Shown here in pieces: positions 27,195 through 36,327 of a stretch of DNA of 64,000 nucleotides. The notes under the pieces were generated by a model. The model was not told where the DNA came from. It did no database searches and saw only the letters and a program-made list of their open reading frames with translations. Every line of letters begins with the position of its first letter. The stretch's first letter is position 1. Position numbers and translations under genes: made by a program. Source of the stretch: Clostridia bacterium (GTDB taxonomy: Bacteria; Bacillota; Peptococcia; DRI-13; UBA5745); NCBI GenBank assembly GCA_018436095.1, contig JAHDMJ010000009.1, positions 128,888-192,887 on the forward strand, given 5' to 3'.

Positions 27195-27550
27195 ACAAAA
27201 TTGCAGGTTTAAAGTAGGGCTTCTTTCTATGGTAGCGGGAAACTTCCATGCAACAGTGTTGGCATAACCCTCCCCACCCACCAGCGGAGGGGTGGCTTAT
27301 GGTGGTTCCATTCTGTGCAAAATTGCAAGTTTGTCTTCGTCTAGAGACCCTATCAGAGGAAATAGGAGAAAGCTTGAAGCATTTCTAGTAGTTTGGTAGT
27401 GAATTTACTTCTTCCAGGACACTAGATGCAGCCAAGGCATACATTTCCACCTGTTTTTTGGCCGCCATAGCTCTAGGGGGGTGTCTACAAACCTGCATTT
27501 TTGCTCAACTGCCGCTCTTATTGGATACAAACTTGCATTTTTGCACAACT
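27195..27550. repeat. four copies of a 20-25 bp motif (GCAAAAWTGCARGTTTGT), two forward and two reverse
   Basis: Forward copies at 27195-27210 and 27314-27334. Reverse copies at 27486-27510 and 27526-27550 (25 nt, 2 mismatches, 40-nt period). The copy at 27314-27334 equals the reverse complement of the 27526-27550 core with 1 mismatch. Confidence 0.85.
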
Positions 27551-27677
27551 CCAGCGGCAGCGATAGCGCGACAGACCCTCATATTCGATTTTGTGTCTTT
27601 CTGGTCTAAAACAAGGGACAGGGCATATATTGGTTTTAAACAAGGACAACCAAGACGAGAAAAAAAGGAGTTTTATC

Positions 27678-28574
27678 ATGACAGGCTGGACGGCTCATTT
27701 CCCGAAAGAACTGGCGGATATTTTATCGATGGGACATCAGTTTTTACAGGAAAAAACCATGGAAATACGCTTTCGTTCCGGACGGCCCATCATGATCAGC
27801 GACGGGCAGCGGATGCTGGCTTGGGATGGGGCCGCCTGGCAAAAAGAGCTGCCTGCCGGCAGGCAAGGGGCTTTTAGCGAAGGAGAGCTGCGGAAGCTTT
27901 TTGAACATCTGACGGGAGGATCTCTTTACCGGCTGGAGGAAGAATTGCAAAACGGCTATCTCACTTTGCCCGGCGGTCACCGGTTAGGCTTTTGCGGCCG
28001 GGCGGTATTGGAAAAAGGCAAAATCAAAACCATGCGGGAGATTTCTTTTATGAATTTCCGGCTGGCCCGGGAGGTGCCGGGATGCCTGGAACCCTGGATA
28101 GATTTGTTGGTCAAGGATAAACGCTGGCTATCGACTCTGATTATTGCGCCGCCTTTGGGGGGTAAAACCACCCTGCTGCGGGAGATGATCCGCCTGGCCT
28201 CCGGCGGTACCAAGGTCAAAGGGATTTCCATCCCCGGCTATAATGTCAGCGTAGTGGACGAGCGGTCGGAATTAGCCGGTTCCTGGCGAGGCATTCCTCA
28301 ATTTGACTTAGGCCCCCGCAGCGACGTATTGGATGGCTGTCCCAAAGCTCAAGGCATGATGCTGATGATCCGTTCTATGGGGCCTCAGATACTGGCGGTG
28401 GATGAGATCGGTAAAAAAGAAGACATAGAGGCTTTAAAAGAAGCGATTGCCTGCGGCATTACGGTTTTTGCCACGGTTCATGGCCGCAGCCGGGAAGAAG
28501 TAGAAGCCAGGCCCGGTATGCAGGCACTGTTGGACAATAGTATATTTGAGAGAATATTGCTTCTCGGGGGGTGA
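27678..28574 (+). CDS. spoIIIAA: stage III sporulation protein AA (ATPase)
   Basis: Walker A APPLGGKTTLLRE. AAGGAG before ATG 27678. First gene of an eight-gene spoIIIA series. Confidence 0.9.
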   Translation: MTGWTAHFPKELADILSMGHQFLQEKTMEIRFRSGRPIMISDGQRMLAWDGAAWQKELPAGRQGAFSEGELRKLFEHLTGGSLYRLEEELQNGYLTLPGGHRLGFCGRAVLEKGKIKTMREISFMNFRLAREVPGCLEPWIDLLVKDKRWLSTLIIAPPLGGKTTLLREMIRLASGGTKVKGISIPGYNVSVVDERSELAGSWRGIPQFDLGPRSDVLDGCPKAQGMMLMIRSMGPQILAVDEIGKKEDIEALKEAIACGITVFATVHGRSREEVEARPGMQALLDNSIFERILLLGG

Positions 28575-28579
28575 GCGGA

Positions 28580-29098
28580 ATGCTGAAGTATATGGGTATT
28601 GCCATGATTATCACTGCCGGCGGCCTGCTGGGCTTTTTGAAAAGCCGCACCTATAGCAATTATGTGGCCTTGCTGCAAGCCTTGGCCCTGGCTACGGATC
28701 TTCTGGAAACAGAGATTCGCTACAAGCAAAATCCCCTGGAGAGGGCTTTTGAGGAAACGGGCAATGCCCTTAATCATCCCGTGGTAGCCGGCCTTTTTCT
28801 GACGGCGTCCCATGGGGAAACTTCTTCCTGGGGGCTGCCCGATGAAGCCTGGCAAAAAGGAGTGGCTTCAATGGCGAAAAGCATTCCCCAGGGAGAACCG
28901 CTGGCCGATTACCTTTTGGATTTTGGCCAGGCCTTGGGCCGTACGGATCTGCAAACCCAGCAAACCCTGTTTGCCTTGTTCCGGCGGCAGTTGGCTCAAT
29001 GTTTGGAACGGGCCATTGCCAGGGAGACAAAAGAAGGCAGGCTATGGCAATATCTGGGGTTGTCCGGAGCGGTAGTTTTGGTCATTCTCTTAATCTAA
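28580..29098 (+). CDS. spoIIIAB: stage III sporulation protein AB
   Basis: Position and size (about 172 aa), with N- and C-terminal TM segments. GGGGGTGA lies 5 nt before ATG 28580. Confidence 0.8.
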   Translation: MLKYMGIAMIITAGGLLGFLKSRTYSNYVALLQALALATDLLETEIRYKQNPLERAFEETGNALNHPVVAGLFLTASHGETSSWGLPDEAWQKGVASMAKSIPQGEPLADYLLDFGQALGRTDLQTQQTLFALFRRQLAQCLERAIARETKEGRLWQYLGLSGAVVLVILLI

Positions 29099-29122
29099 TC
29101 AACAGGGAAAGGGTATAAGCAT

Positions 29123-29320
29123 ATGAACATTGAGCTGATCTTTCAAATAGCCGGCATTGGTATTTTGACCTCCATCCTCCATGCGCTGCTCAAGCAGGCC
29201 GGGAAGGAAGAATATGCTTTTATTGTCACCTTGGCGGGAGTGGCTATCGCTTTCATTATGGTTATACAAGTGCTGTCTCAGCTTTTCAATCAGGTAAAAA
29301 GCGTTTTTTCTTTAGGGTGA
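29123..29320 (+). CDS. spoIIIAC: stage III sporulation protein AC
   Basis: 65-aa two-TM protein at the expected position. Confidence 0.85.
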   Translation: MNIELIFQIAGIGILTSILHALLKQAGKEEYAFIVTLAGVAIAFIMVIQVLSQLFNQVKSVFSLG

Positions 29321-29336
29321 TGGGGAGGGGATAAGG

Positions 29337-29723
29337 GTGGAAGCATTGCAATTGGTTATGCTTGGCATAACGGCCACAATGCTGGCCTTATTCGTCCGGG
29401 AAAGAAATAAGGAGTTTGGCCTTTTGGTGAGCCTTGCCGGCGGTATTCTTTTGATCACTTTGATTCTGGAGCCTTTAAGTACGGTGATCATGGGTGTGCG
29501 GGACTTAGCCCAAAGAGGACAAGTCAGTCTGGCCTATATTGATATTGTGCTCAAAGCTACGGCCATAGCCTTTTTAACGGAGTTTGCCGCCCAAATCTGC
29601 CAGGATGCGGGGGAAGGAGCCCTGGCCAAAAAGGTGGAGGCAGGGGGTAAGGTACTGATCTTGTTAATAGCGCTGCCGATTTTTTCATCGGTGCTGGACG
29701 GGCTGCTGGCATTATTGCCATAA
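29337..29723 (+). CDS. spoIIIAD: stage III sporulation protein AD
   Basis: 128-aa four-TM protein. GTG start after GGGGAGGGG. Confidence 0.85.
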   Translation: MEALQLVMLGITATMLALFVRERNKEFGLLVSLAGGILLITLILEPLSTVIMGVRDLAQRGQVSLAYIDIVLKATAIAFLTEFAAQICQDAGEGALAKKVEAGGKVLILLIALPIFSSVLDGLLALLP

Positions 29724-29783
29724 TGCCGGCTGAAGTGCAACCGGCCATCGGTACAACATCGGTACAATATATGGAGGAAGGAA

Positions 29784-31013
29784 ATGAAAACCTCTATCCT
29801 AACGCCTATAAAACTAATCCTGCTGGTAATGGTTTTCCTGCTGATTCAGCCAATGGCCCTGGCAGGGGCGGAAACAGAGAAAATCACTTCAGAGGGAGTG
29901 CCGACAGAGGATTTGCCGGCAGCTGCCTCCGGGGATGGGGTGGATATGTTTATCCCGGATATCGGCGGCTTTACGGAAGCCTTGGAGCAGATTGACGATT
30001 ACTTAGCGCAGCAAGGAGTGGGGCCTTTTTTAAGCAGGTGGTTTCAGGAGCTTAAAAGCGGTCAGCGGGGATTAAATTGGCAATCGTTGAAAGATTTAGG
30101 GCAAGGCCTGTTTTTACAGCAAATCAAGGCCCAGGGCAGCTGGCTGGGGCAGGTTTTAATCTTATCGGCGGTCTGCGTGCTTTTGGAACAGCTAAACCGC
30201 TCCGTGGCCGGGCCGGGACCGGCTAAAGCCGGCCAATTGGTGAGTTTGCTGCTGATCATGACCTTAGTGCTTCATTCCGCCGGCCTGGCCCTGAAAGGCG
30301 CCACCGGGGCCATTGAAGGCATGGCCGGCTTCATGGAGGTACTGGTGCCCCTATTAATGGCGGCCATGATGAGCCTGGGCCAGGTCAGCACCGTTATGGT
30401 TATGCAGCCCCTGGTTTTGGGCTCCATGTCCTTTATTACGGGACAGATCCACTACCTGCTGTTTCCCATGATCATGATTTATCTGGCCCTGGTTTTGGCT
30501 AACTCTTTATCGGAAGGCTTGTCCGTGGGCAAGCTGGCCAAATTTCTCAAGCAAACGGTGCAATGGGGCCTGGGTATGTCCATGACCATATTTACGGCAG
30601 TGCTGGCCGTATCCGGCGGTTTTGCCGCCGTGGCTGACGGCATCAGCCTGCGTACCGCGAAATATGTGGCCGGCAATCTGGTGCCTGTGGCCGGCAAACT
30701 CTTTGCCGATGTGCTGGATACTGCCGCCGGCGCCGCCCTCATCCTGAAAAACAGCATCGGTCTCATCGGTATGATTGCCATCGTAGCCCTTTTGATCATT
30801 CCTTTGGTGGGCATCTTCCTGCAGGCCATGCTGCTAAAGCTGGTAGGCGCAGTGGTGGAGCCTTTAGGCGACAGCCGCACCTCCGGCATATTGGATGAGC
30901 TGGGCAATGTAATGATGCTGATTTTTACGGTTTTAGGAGCCATCGGCATTATGGTAATCCTGACCTTGTCGGCGATTTTGCTGGCAGGCAACACAGCCAT
31001 AATGATGCGGTGA
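29784..31013 (+). CDS. spoIIIAE: stage III sporulation protein AE
   Basis: 409 aa, signal peptide plus a polytopic membrane region, at the expected position. Confidence 0.9.
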   Translation: MKTSILTPIKLILLVMVFLLIQPMALAGAETEKITSEGVPTEDLPAAASGDGVDMFIPDIGGFTEALEQIDDYLAQQGVGPFLSRWFQELKSGQRGLNWQSLKDLGQGLFLQQIKAQGSWLGQVLILSAVCVLLEQLNRSVAGPGPAKAGQLVSLLLIMTLVLHSAGLALKGATGAIEGMAGFMEVLVPLLMAAMMSLGQVSTVMVMQPLVLGSMSFITGQIHYLLFPMIMIYLALVLANSLSEGLSVGKLAKFLKQTVQWGLGMSMTIFTAVLAVSGGFAAVADGISLRTAKYVAGNLVPVAGKLFADVLDTAAGAALILKNSIGLIGMIAIVALLIIPLVGIFLQAMLLKLVGAVVEPLGDSRTSGILDELGNVMMLIFTVLGAIGIMVILTLSAILLAGNTAIMMR

Positions 31014-31043
31014 TCTAAGGACGAAGACCATTGAGGTGAAGAA

Positions 31044-31220
31044 ATGATGACTTATTTAAGCGCCCTGGCGGCCAAAATTATCGGCGTAGTCTGCGTCAGT
31101 GCGGTTCTGGAGCTTTTAATTCCGCCGGATAAAAATGTCCATCTCTATTTTCGGATGTTTGCCGGACTTTACATTTTATCGATTTTATTGACTCCTCTGG
31201 GGCAGTTCTTTTTTACGTAA
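31044..31220 (+). CDS. spoIIIAF: stage III sporulation protein AF, short form (58 aa, two TM segments only)
   Basis: Not in the ORF track. It translates to MMTYLSALAAKIIGVVCVSAVLELLIPPDKNVHLYFRMFAGLYILSILLTPLGQFFFT. This resembles the N-terminal membrane part of SpoIIIAF. GAGGTG SD. Located between AE and AG. Confidence 0.6.
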   Translation: MMTYLSALAAKIIGVVCVSAVLELLIPPDKNVHLYFRMFAGLYILSILLTPLGQFFFT

Positions 31221-31261
31221 ATCGGGAATACAGCGAATTTCAAAGGGAAGGGTTGGTCAAG

Positions 31262-31726
31262 GTGCGGTTAAAGGAAGGATTAGAGAAATTAAAGCTAAAC
31301 CAATACGCAATCTGGGCTATGCTGGGTTTAGGCATCCTGCTGATGTTGGCTCCCACGTTTTTGTCCGGCGGCAATAAAAGCAGGCCGGCAGTTTTAAGCA
31401 GCTCTGCCGGACAAAGTTTTAGCGGTACGGTAAACAGCGAAGGGGCTTTATTGGCAGAACAAGCCGCAGCCATCCTTGCCACCATTAAAGATGCCGGAGA
31501 GGTTAAAGTCTTTCTGATGCTGAAAAAAAGCAGCGGCCAAGAGGAAAGCCAGGCTTTTGGCGGCACCTCTTCCCGGCAGCTCTTAGGTCCGGAGGTAGGG
31601 GGGGTTCTGATCACTGCCGCCGGCGCCGGCGATCCGGTAGTCCGTTGGCAGATTTACCAGGCTGCCGCCGCTTTGTTTGACGTTCCCGCCGAAATGATTT
31701 ATGTGGCTGAAGGGGGAGGAAATTAA
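31262..31726 (+). CDS. spoIIIAG: stage III sporulation protein AG
   Basis: C-terminal GGVLITAAGAGDPVVRWQIYQAAAALFDVPAEMIYV matches the SpoIIIAG ring-building motif region. GTG 31262 lies 9 nt after AAGGGAAGG; TTG 31253 is an alternative start. Confidence 0.8.
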   Translation: MRLKEGLEKLKLNQYAIWAMLGLGILLMLAPTFLSGGNKSRPAVLSSSAGQSFSGTVNSEGALLAEQAAAILATIKDAGEVKVFLMLKKSSGQEESQAFGGTSSRQLLGPEVGGVLITAAGAGDPVVRWQIYQAAAALFDVPAEMIYVAEGGGN

Positions 31727-32466
31727 TGAATGTATTCATCCGTTTTGGAACATTAAAAATGGTGGCGGGTTTCGGCGCTATTTGCATAATGTTTGCCGCC
31801 GGCTTGTCTTTGAGCAGCCTGATCAATCCCCGGCAGGCGGAAATGTCGGCAATGAAAAGGGCGGCGGCAGTCCAGGAGGCTGCCCCGGCGGCCGCTCAAG
31901 GAGCGGAAGGGGAGCAAACTGCCGGCGATGCGCAAGACGGGGATGGGGCAAAAGCAGCAGGAGAAGACGGTACCGCAGCCCCGGCAGATGAGGGGCAAGC
32001 CGCAGACGGCTCTCAAGGGCAGGGGATACAGCCGGCAGCTTCTTTGGGGCTGGAGCAAAAAGAGGAGCCCATGACAGAGGCTAAGTTGGTGCTTAATGAA
32101 ACGGCAGCGGCAGAAGACAGCCTGGCTGCTTACCGCATCGACCGCTGGCGGGTCAGAAGCCAGAGGACAACCTTTCTGGAGGCCGTGGCCCAGGATACCA
32201 CTATTGCCGAAGCGGAAAGAGCCAGAGCCAGGCAATCCCTGTGGGAAGAGTACAACCGCCGGGAAAAAGAGCTGGCCTGTGAGGAAGCTATGGTTTCCAA
32301 AGGTTTCGGGCCGGTGCTGGTGAGCATTGATGAAAGCAGCCGTCTTACCGCTTTAGTGCCTACCGTTACGTTTACGGATGAGGAGTTGGTGCAAATCAGC
32401 GATATCCTCTGCCGTTTAGGAGGCTGCCGTGAAGAGGATATCATTTTAATTCCTTTGTCGAATTGA
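31726..32466 (+). CDS. spoIIIAH: stage III sporulation protein AH
   Basis: N-terminal TM segment, a low-complexity Ala/Gly/Glu linker and a C-terminal domain. Last gene of the operon. TAATG overlap with AG. Confidence 0.8.
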   Translation: MNVFIRFGTLKMVAGFGAICIMFAAGLSLSSLINPRQAEMSAMKRAAAVQEAAPAAAQGAEGEQTAGDAQDGDGAKAAGEDGTAAPADEGQAADGSQGQGIQPAASLGLEQKEEPMTEAKLVLNETAAAEDSLAAYRIDRWRVRSQRTTFLEAVAQDTTIAEAERARARQSLWEEYNRREKELACEEAMVSKGFGPVLVSIDESSRLTALVPTVTFTDEELVQISDILCRLGGCREEDIILIPLSN

Positions 32467-32565
32467 GCTTTTCCAATATATTGAATGTCAATTTTCCAAA
32501 TAAAAAGCAGGAGTTTTGGAATATTTATAGAATCTTAACATACCGGTTAGTGAAATTTAGCTTAA

Positions 32566-32946
32566 ATGAAAGGAGCCAGTCTTTTGGTCGGCAGTATAAG
32601 CGAGTTGAAGCGTAACCTGCTAAAATCTTTTGACAGTATCTATTTGGACATATTTCAATTTGGCGTCAAGCGTTTAAGCATTGACATCCTGGGAAATAAG
32701 ATCCTGATTGTTGGCGAGCATGCCAGGTTACCGGGCCTGCAAGCCCTGGATCATTCCCAGCGCTTTGTAACCAGGCTGACGGATGTGGCCTTGCTGGATG
32801 AGTGCAAGGTTAGGCTCAAGCAGGCTATTGAGGAAAAGATGCCGGACATCAGGGTGCTGACGGTTCTAAATGATTACGATCCTCATACGGAGATTGCCGC
32901 CACCATCATTGTCACCGAGGGAGAGCTTTTAAGCCCCCGCAATTAA
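32566..32946 (+). CDS. DUF2294 family protein
   Basis: The ILGNKILIVGEHARLPGLQAL...LTVLNDYDPHTEIAATIIV layout is typical of DUF2294. An alternative start is TTG 32584, 8 nt after AAGGAG. Confidence 0.6.
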   Translation: MKGASLLVGSISELKRNLLKSFDSIYLDIFQFGVKRLSIDILGNKILIVGEHARLPGLQALDHSQRFVTRLTDVALLDECKVRLKQAIEEKMPDIRVLTVLNDYDPHTEIAATIIVTEGELLSPRN

Positions 32947-33042
32947 CGGAACAGAGATACAAGGGTAGGACCTTCGCTTGCGTCGGCAATGCCCCCACAA
33001 CAAAAAACTGATGGTGAATAGCTTCCTACCGGGAGTTGGATA

Positions 33043-33120
33043 GCCGCCGGTTAAAAGTAAATTGCGTTTGATCTTTTTAGAAAGATCTGACGGATTTCTT
33101 TATGCCGGCGGTTTTGTTTT
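33043..33120 (+). terminator. compound terminator-like structure
   Basis: GCCGCCGG (33043-33050) pairs with CCGGCGGT (33105-33112). It encloses an inner hairpin GATCTTT..AAAGATC (33070-33087) and is followed by TTTTGTTTT. Confidence 0.45.
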
Positions 33121-33259
33121 GCCATCCGCAAAGAGTACGCCAGAGGGGGTGATTAATGCCAGAAAATCCGGTTTTCCGCTATGAAAAGGGAAGCTTTTCG
33201 GTAGTAAATGAATTTAAAAAGGGTGTAATGATTAATAAAAATAAGGGGGTCTTTTAATT

Positions 33260-34333
33260 ATGTTAACACCAAATAAAACGAAGAAGGCTATGCCAAAAAT
33301 GACAGTGGTAGGCTTGGTGGTTCTTGCCTTATGTTTGCTGGGTCTTTTCTTTAAACCCAACAGCCTTAACGAGGGCTTTAACGCCATGGTATCCAATGCC
33401 CATCCCATCGTCATCAACGTGGGACTTTTAAGCACCATGTCCACATCCATTATCATCAGCGTTATCATGGGCCGCTTTCTGGAACGGCTGGGCTTTACCG
33501 ATGCTATGATGCGGCTGTTTTTGCCTGTAGGCAAGCTGCTGAATGTGAACTGCGCAATCTTAATTCCGGCTATTTACAATATTCTGGGGGACATTAATGC
33601 GGCGGGCCGCATCTCCGGACCAATTTTGGTCAAAACCGGCGCCACCAAGGATGAAAAAAAGCTGGCAATTTTCACTATGGTGCAATCCCAACAGTCTTTT
33701 TCCACTTTCATGCTGGGATTAGGTTGCCTGACCCTTTGCGGCGCCAGAGTATTTGCCGTAGTAGCCATCGCCATTTTTGCTCCTCTGGTAATTTGCCCGG
33801 CCATCGGCCGTTTGTTCTGGCGGGATTGTAAAGCCGTAGAGATCGAGGATCTGCCAGTCTTTACTCCCGATACGCCTATCCTTAACGGACTTTTTGCTTC
33901 CGGCCAGGAAGGCATTAACGTCTTACTGCATTTGGTTCTGCCTGCTTTTGCCGTAGTATTTGGCATCATCGGACTTTTGGATTTTATCGGTATCTGGCAG
34001 TATGTCAATAACTTTTTGATTTCCGCTATGACTGCGCTGAATATCGATCCGGATACGGGCATTCTCAGCATCATGGCTTCGCCTACCCTGGCCATGAGCA
34101 ACCTCCAGGCCACCGCCGCCGCCATCAATCCCAAATGGGTTATCGGCTCTTTTGTTATGGGCGCTTCCGGCTTTCCTCTTTCCGTGATTTTCGGGCAAAT
34201 CCCCATGATTTGGGCCCAGTCTTGTGAAATGGAGCCCAGTGAAGCCTTAAAACCTGCTTTAATCGGCATCATCGCCCGCGTGCTGACCGCCGGTTTCATC
34301 GCTACCGTTTTGGGCGGCCTGCTGCTGAAGTAA
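33260..34333 (+). CDS. polytopic membrane protein, probable transporter (family not recognised with confidence)
   Basis: 357 aa with about 9-10 hydrophobic segments. AAGGGGG SD. Followed 28 nt later by an amidohydrolase gene. Confidence 0.6.
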   Translation: MLTPNKTKKAMPKMTVVGLVVLALCLLGLFFKPNSLNEGFNAMVSNAHPIVINVGLLSTMSTSIIISVIMGRFLERLGFTDAMMRLFLPVGKLLNVNCAILIPAIYNILGDINAAGRISGPILVKTGATKDEKKLAIFTMVQSQQSFSTFMLGLGCLTLCGARVFAVVAIAIFAPLVICPAIGRLFWRDCKAVEIEDLPVFTPDTPILNGLFASGQEGINVLLHLVLPAFAVVFGIIGLLDFIGIWQYVNNFLISAMTALNIDPDTGILSIMASPTLAMSNLQATAAAINPKWVIGSFVMGASGFPLSVIFGQIPMIWAQSCEMEPSEALKPALIGIIARVLTAGFIATVLGGLLLK

Positions 34334-34361
34334 ATCCCGGACCCCATCCAAGGAGGAGCTT

Positions 34362-35582
34362 ATGGAAGAGCTACTGATACACAATGTGGAAATCTGGACG
34401 CTGGATGATGCCCGGGTAATTGACCGGGGCTGGCTTACCGCCGGCGGCGGCAAGATCACCAATTTGGGCCAGGGATCGCCTCCGCCGGATATTGAGGCAA
34501 AAACCATAGTAGATGGACAAGGCCGGCTTTTGCTGCCGGGCCTGGTGGATTGTCATACCCATCTGATGGAATATGCCACTGCAGAAATCAATCATACCCA
34601 AGGCAAAGCCCAGGAGATGGCAGCTGCCGCTAATCTGCTGCTGGCTTTGCAATCAGGTATCGTTGCCACCGGCGAGCATCATTTGGGCCATCCGGTTTTG
34701 GACATGCCTATGGAGAAATATAAGGAGATCCTCAAAGCCACACCCCTGGCTTCGGCCATAGCTTATGGCTGCTGCTGGCTGGGCTTTGAGCCGAAGGTAT
34801 TAACCAGCGCCACCAGACCGGGAGCCGCCTTTACGGAAGATGTGTTAACGGATGAGGACTATTTACTGATGGCGGAGGCTTCGGAATTTCCCGGGGAGAA
34901 TTTGTTTTTAAATTATACCTGCGCCAATGCGCCGTTAGATGCGGCGCCCCATGCCGGCGGCGTAACCTATGACCGTGAAAAGCTCAGCCATATTGTTGAT
35001 TTGTTTCATGGCAAAGGCAAGGCTGTAGGCGCTCATATTGAAGGCGACGCCTCAGCCCGGTTATTTATCGAAGCCGGCGGCGATGTGATTCATCACGGCC
35101 ATCATTTGACGCCGGAAATTGGGGAATTAATGGCGGAGAAAGGTGTTTCTCTGGTATTGACTCCGGTAGCCGGCACCAGCAAGCGGCCTACCAGTCCCGA
35201 GGAAACTCTGGCTTTTTACCGGCAAGGAGTATTCCTGGCTCTGGCCAGCGACGCCTATATCTATCCTCATCCCGAGGCCCAGTGGATTTCTTTGGCCCAG
35301 GACCGGCTGGCAGGTCCGGCGGAATATCTGCGGATCGTAGGTTCCACTTTGCGTTATCTTGTAGAAAAGGGCGTAGACTCAAGTGAAGCTTTGAAGCTGA
35401 TTACCGTGAATCCCCGCAGGCTTTTGCGGCCCGGGGAAGAAGCGGCTGTGCTAAAGCCCGGCAGGCCTGCCGATATGATTATGTGCAACAAGCTGCCGGC
35501 ATTGGTCACGGAGGACCCGGCAGATATTGTGCTGGTGGTTACCCAAGGCCATATACAAGTGGATAAAAGAGCTGCAATATAA
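34362..35582 (+). CDS. amidohydrolase family protein (metal-dependent hydrolase)
   Basis: GLVDCHTHL metal-binding motif and later HHGHH region. AAGGAGG SD. Confidence 0.8.
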   Translation: MEELLIHNVEIWTLDDARVIDRGWLTAGGGKITNLGQGSPPPDIEAKTIVDGQGRLLLPGLVDCHTHLMEYATAEINHTQGKAQEMAAAANLLLALQSGIVATGEHHLGHPVLDMPMEKYKEILKATPLASAIAYGCCWLGFEPKVLTSATRPGAAFTEDVLTDEDYLLMAEASEFPGENLFLNYTCANAPLDAAPHAGGVTYDREKLSHIVDLFHGKGKAVGAHIEGDASARLFIEAGGDVIHHGHHLTPEIGELMAEKGVSLVLTPVAGTSKRPTSPEETLAFYRQGVFLALASDAYIYPHPEAQWISLAQDRLAGPAEYLRIVGSTLRYLVEKGVDSSEALKLITVNPRRLLRPGEEAAVLKPGRPADMIMCNKLPALVTEDPADIVLVVTQGHIQVDKRAAI

Positions 35583-35607
35583 AGTGCGGCCGGACAAGCC
35601 GGGCAGT

Positions 35608-35640
35608 CAGGCGGGAGATGCATTTTCCCGCCTGGCTTTC
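35608..35640 (+). terminator. terminator hairpin
   Basis: CAGGCGGGA (35608-35616) pairs with TCCCGCCTG (35626-35634), followed by GCTTTCC. Confidence 0.55.
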
Positions 35641-35653
35641 CTGTCTGCTAATC

Positions 35654-35682
35654 TGGTAAAAAAACTAAGAAAATGGTATAAT
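35654..35682 (+). promoter_or_regulatory. extended -10 promoter upstream of asp23
   Basis: TGGTATAAT at 35674-35682. The -35 element is weak. Confidence 0.5.
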
Positions 35683-35702
35683 AATAGTAATGAGGTGATG
35701 GC

Positions 35703-36152
35703 ATGACAGGCGGCGAAAAAATCGAGAGCAAGGATGCTGCTAAAGAAGAAGAACAGCAAAAAATTAAGGCGGAGCTCATTGGCGGCAAAATCGGCGCTCT
35801 GGTTTTGCAGACTGCCGGCGTGGAAAAACTCTCCGGCAGCGCCATAGCCGGTCTCAGCGAAAAAGTAGGGGTGAAGAAGCCGGCCAAGGGAATCCGGGTG
35901 GTGCTGAAAGATGACGCCGTCTTGGTGGATATCCATATCGTAGCGGTCTTTGGCAGATCCATTCCGGAAATTGCCCGCTGCATTCAAAAAGAGACGAAAA
36001 AACTGTTTAACGAAGAATTTTCTTCCTATCATCTGACGGCGGTAAATGTCTGGATTGACGGTCTTAGTTTTAATGAAGAAGCAATAAAATACCGTGATCA
36101 GGCGATAGCGTTGTTAAAACAAGAGGAAAGAGAAAAATGCAACCCGGACTGA
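35703..36152 (+). CDS. Asp23/Gls24 family envelope stress protein
   Basis: GIRVVLKDDAVLVDIHIVAVFGRSIPEIARCIQKETKKL is a typical Asp23 core. Lies upstream of nusB, as yqhY does in B. subtilis. Confidence 0.85.
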   Translation: MTGGEKIESKDAAKEEEQQKIKAELIGGKIGALVLQTAGVEKLSGSAIAGLSEKVGVKKPAKGIRVVLKDDAVLVDIHIVAVFGRSIPEIARCIQKETKKLFNEEFSSYHLTAVNVWIDGLSFNEEAIKYRDQAIALLKQEEREKCNPD

Positions 36153-36327
36153 GAACTGTTTTGGATGAAATTCTACCTATTTGAGTTGGAAAATTACCGG
36201 AATTTTCCCGAGGGAAAATAAGCAAATGATCAAGATTTTCCCTTGCGTTTATGGAGGTAAGGGGTTATATTATTAACATTAAATAGATAACGATGTTTGA
36301 AAATGGCGTATTATAGGAGGACCGGTT

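Noticed and set aside
27458-27877. 139-aa ORF spanning the repeat cluster and the 5' part of spoIIIAA.
   Set aside because: It has no SD, it runs through inverted-repeat DNA, and it is out of frame with the well-supported spoIIIAA start at 27678.
31701-32444. Several overlapping 75-160-aa ORFs on both strands within spoIIIAH.
   Set aside because: They are caused by the GC-rich Ala/Gly/Glu linker region of SpoIIIAH. None has an SD, and none fits the operon structure.
32985-33012. A-rich tract CCCCCACAACAAAAAACTGATGG, reminiscent of a preQ1-I riboswitch tail.
   Set aside because: No adequate P1 stem precedes it. It lies about 250 nt and one terminator away from the next start codon. The downstream genes have no recognisable queuosine link.
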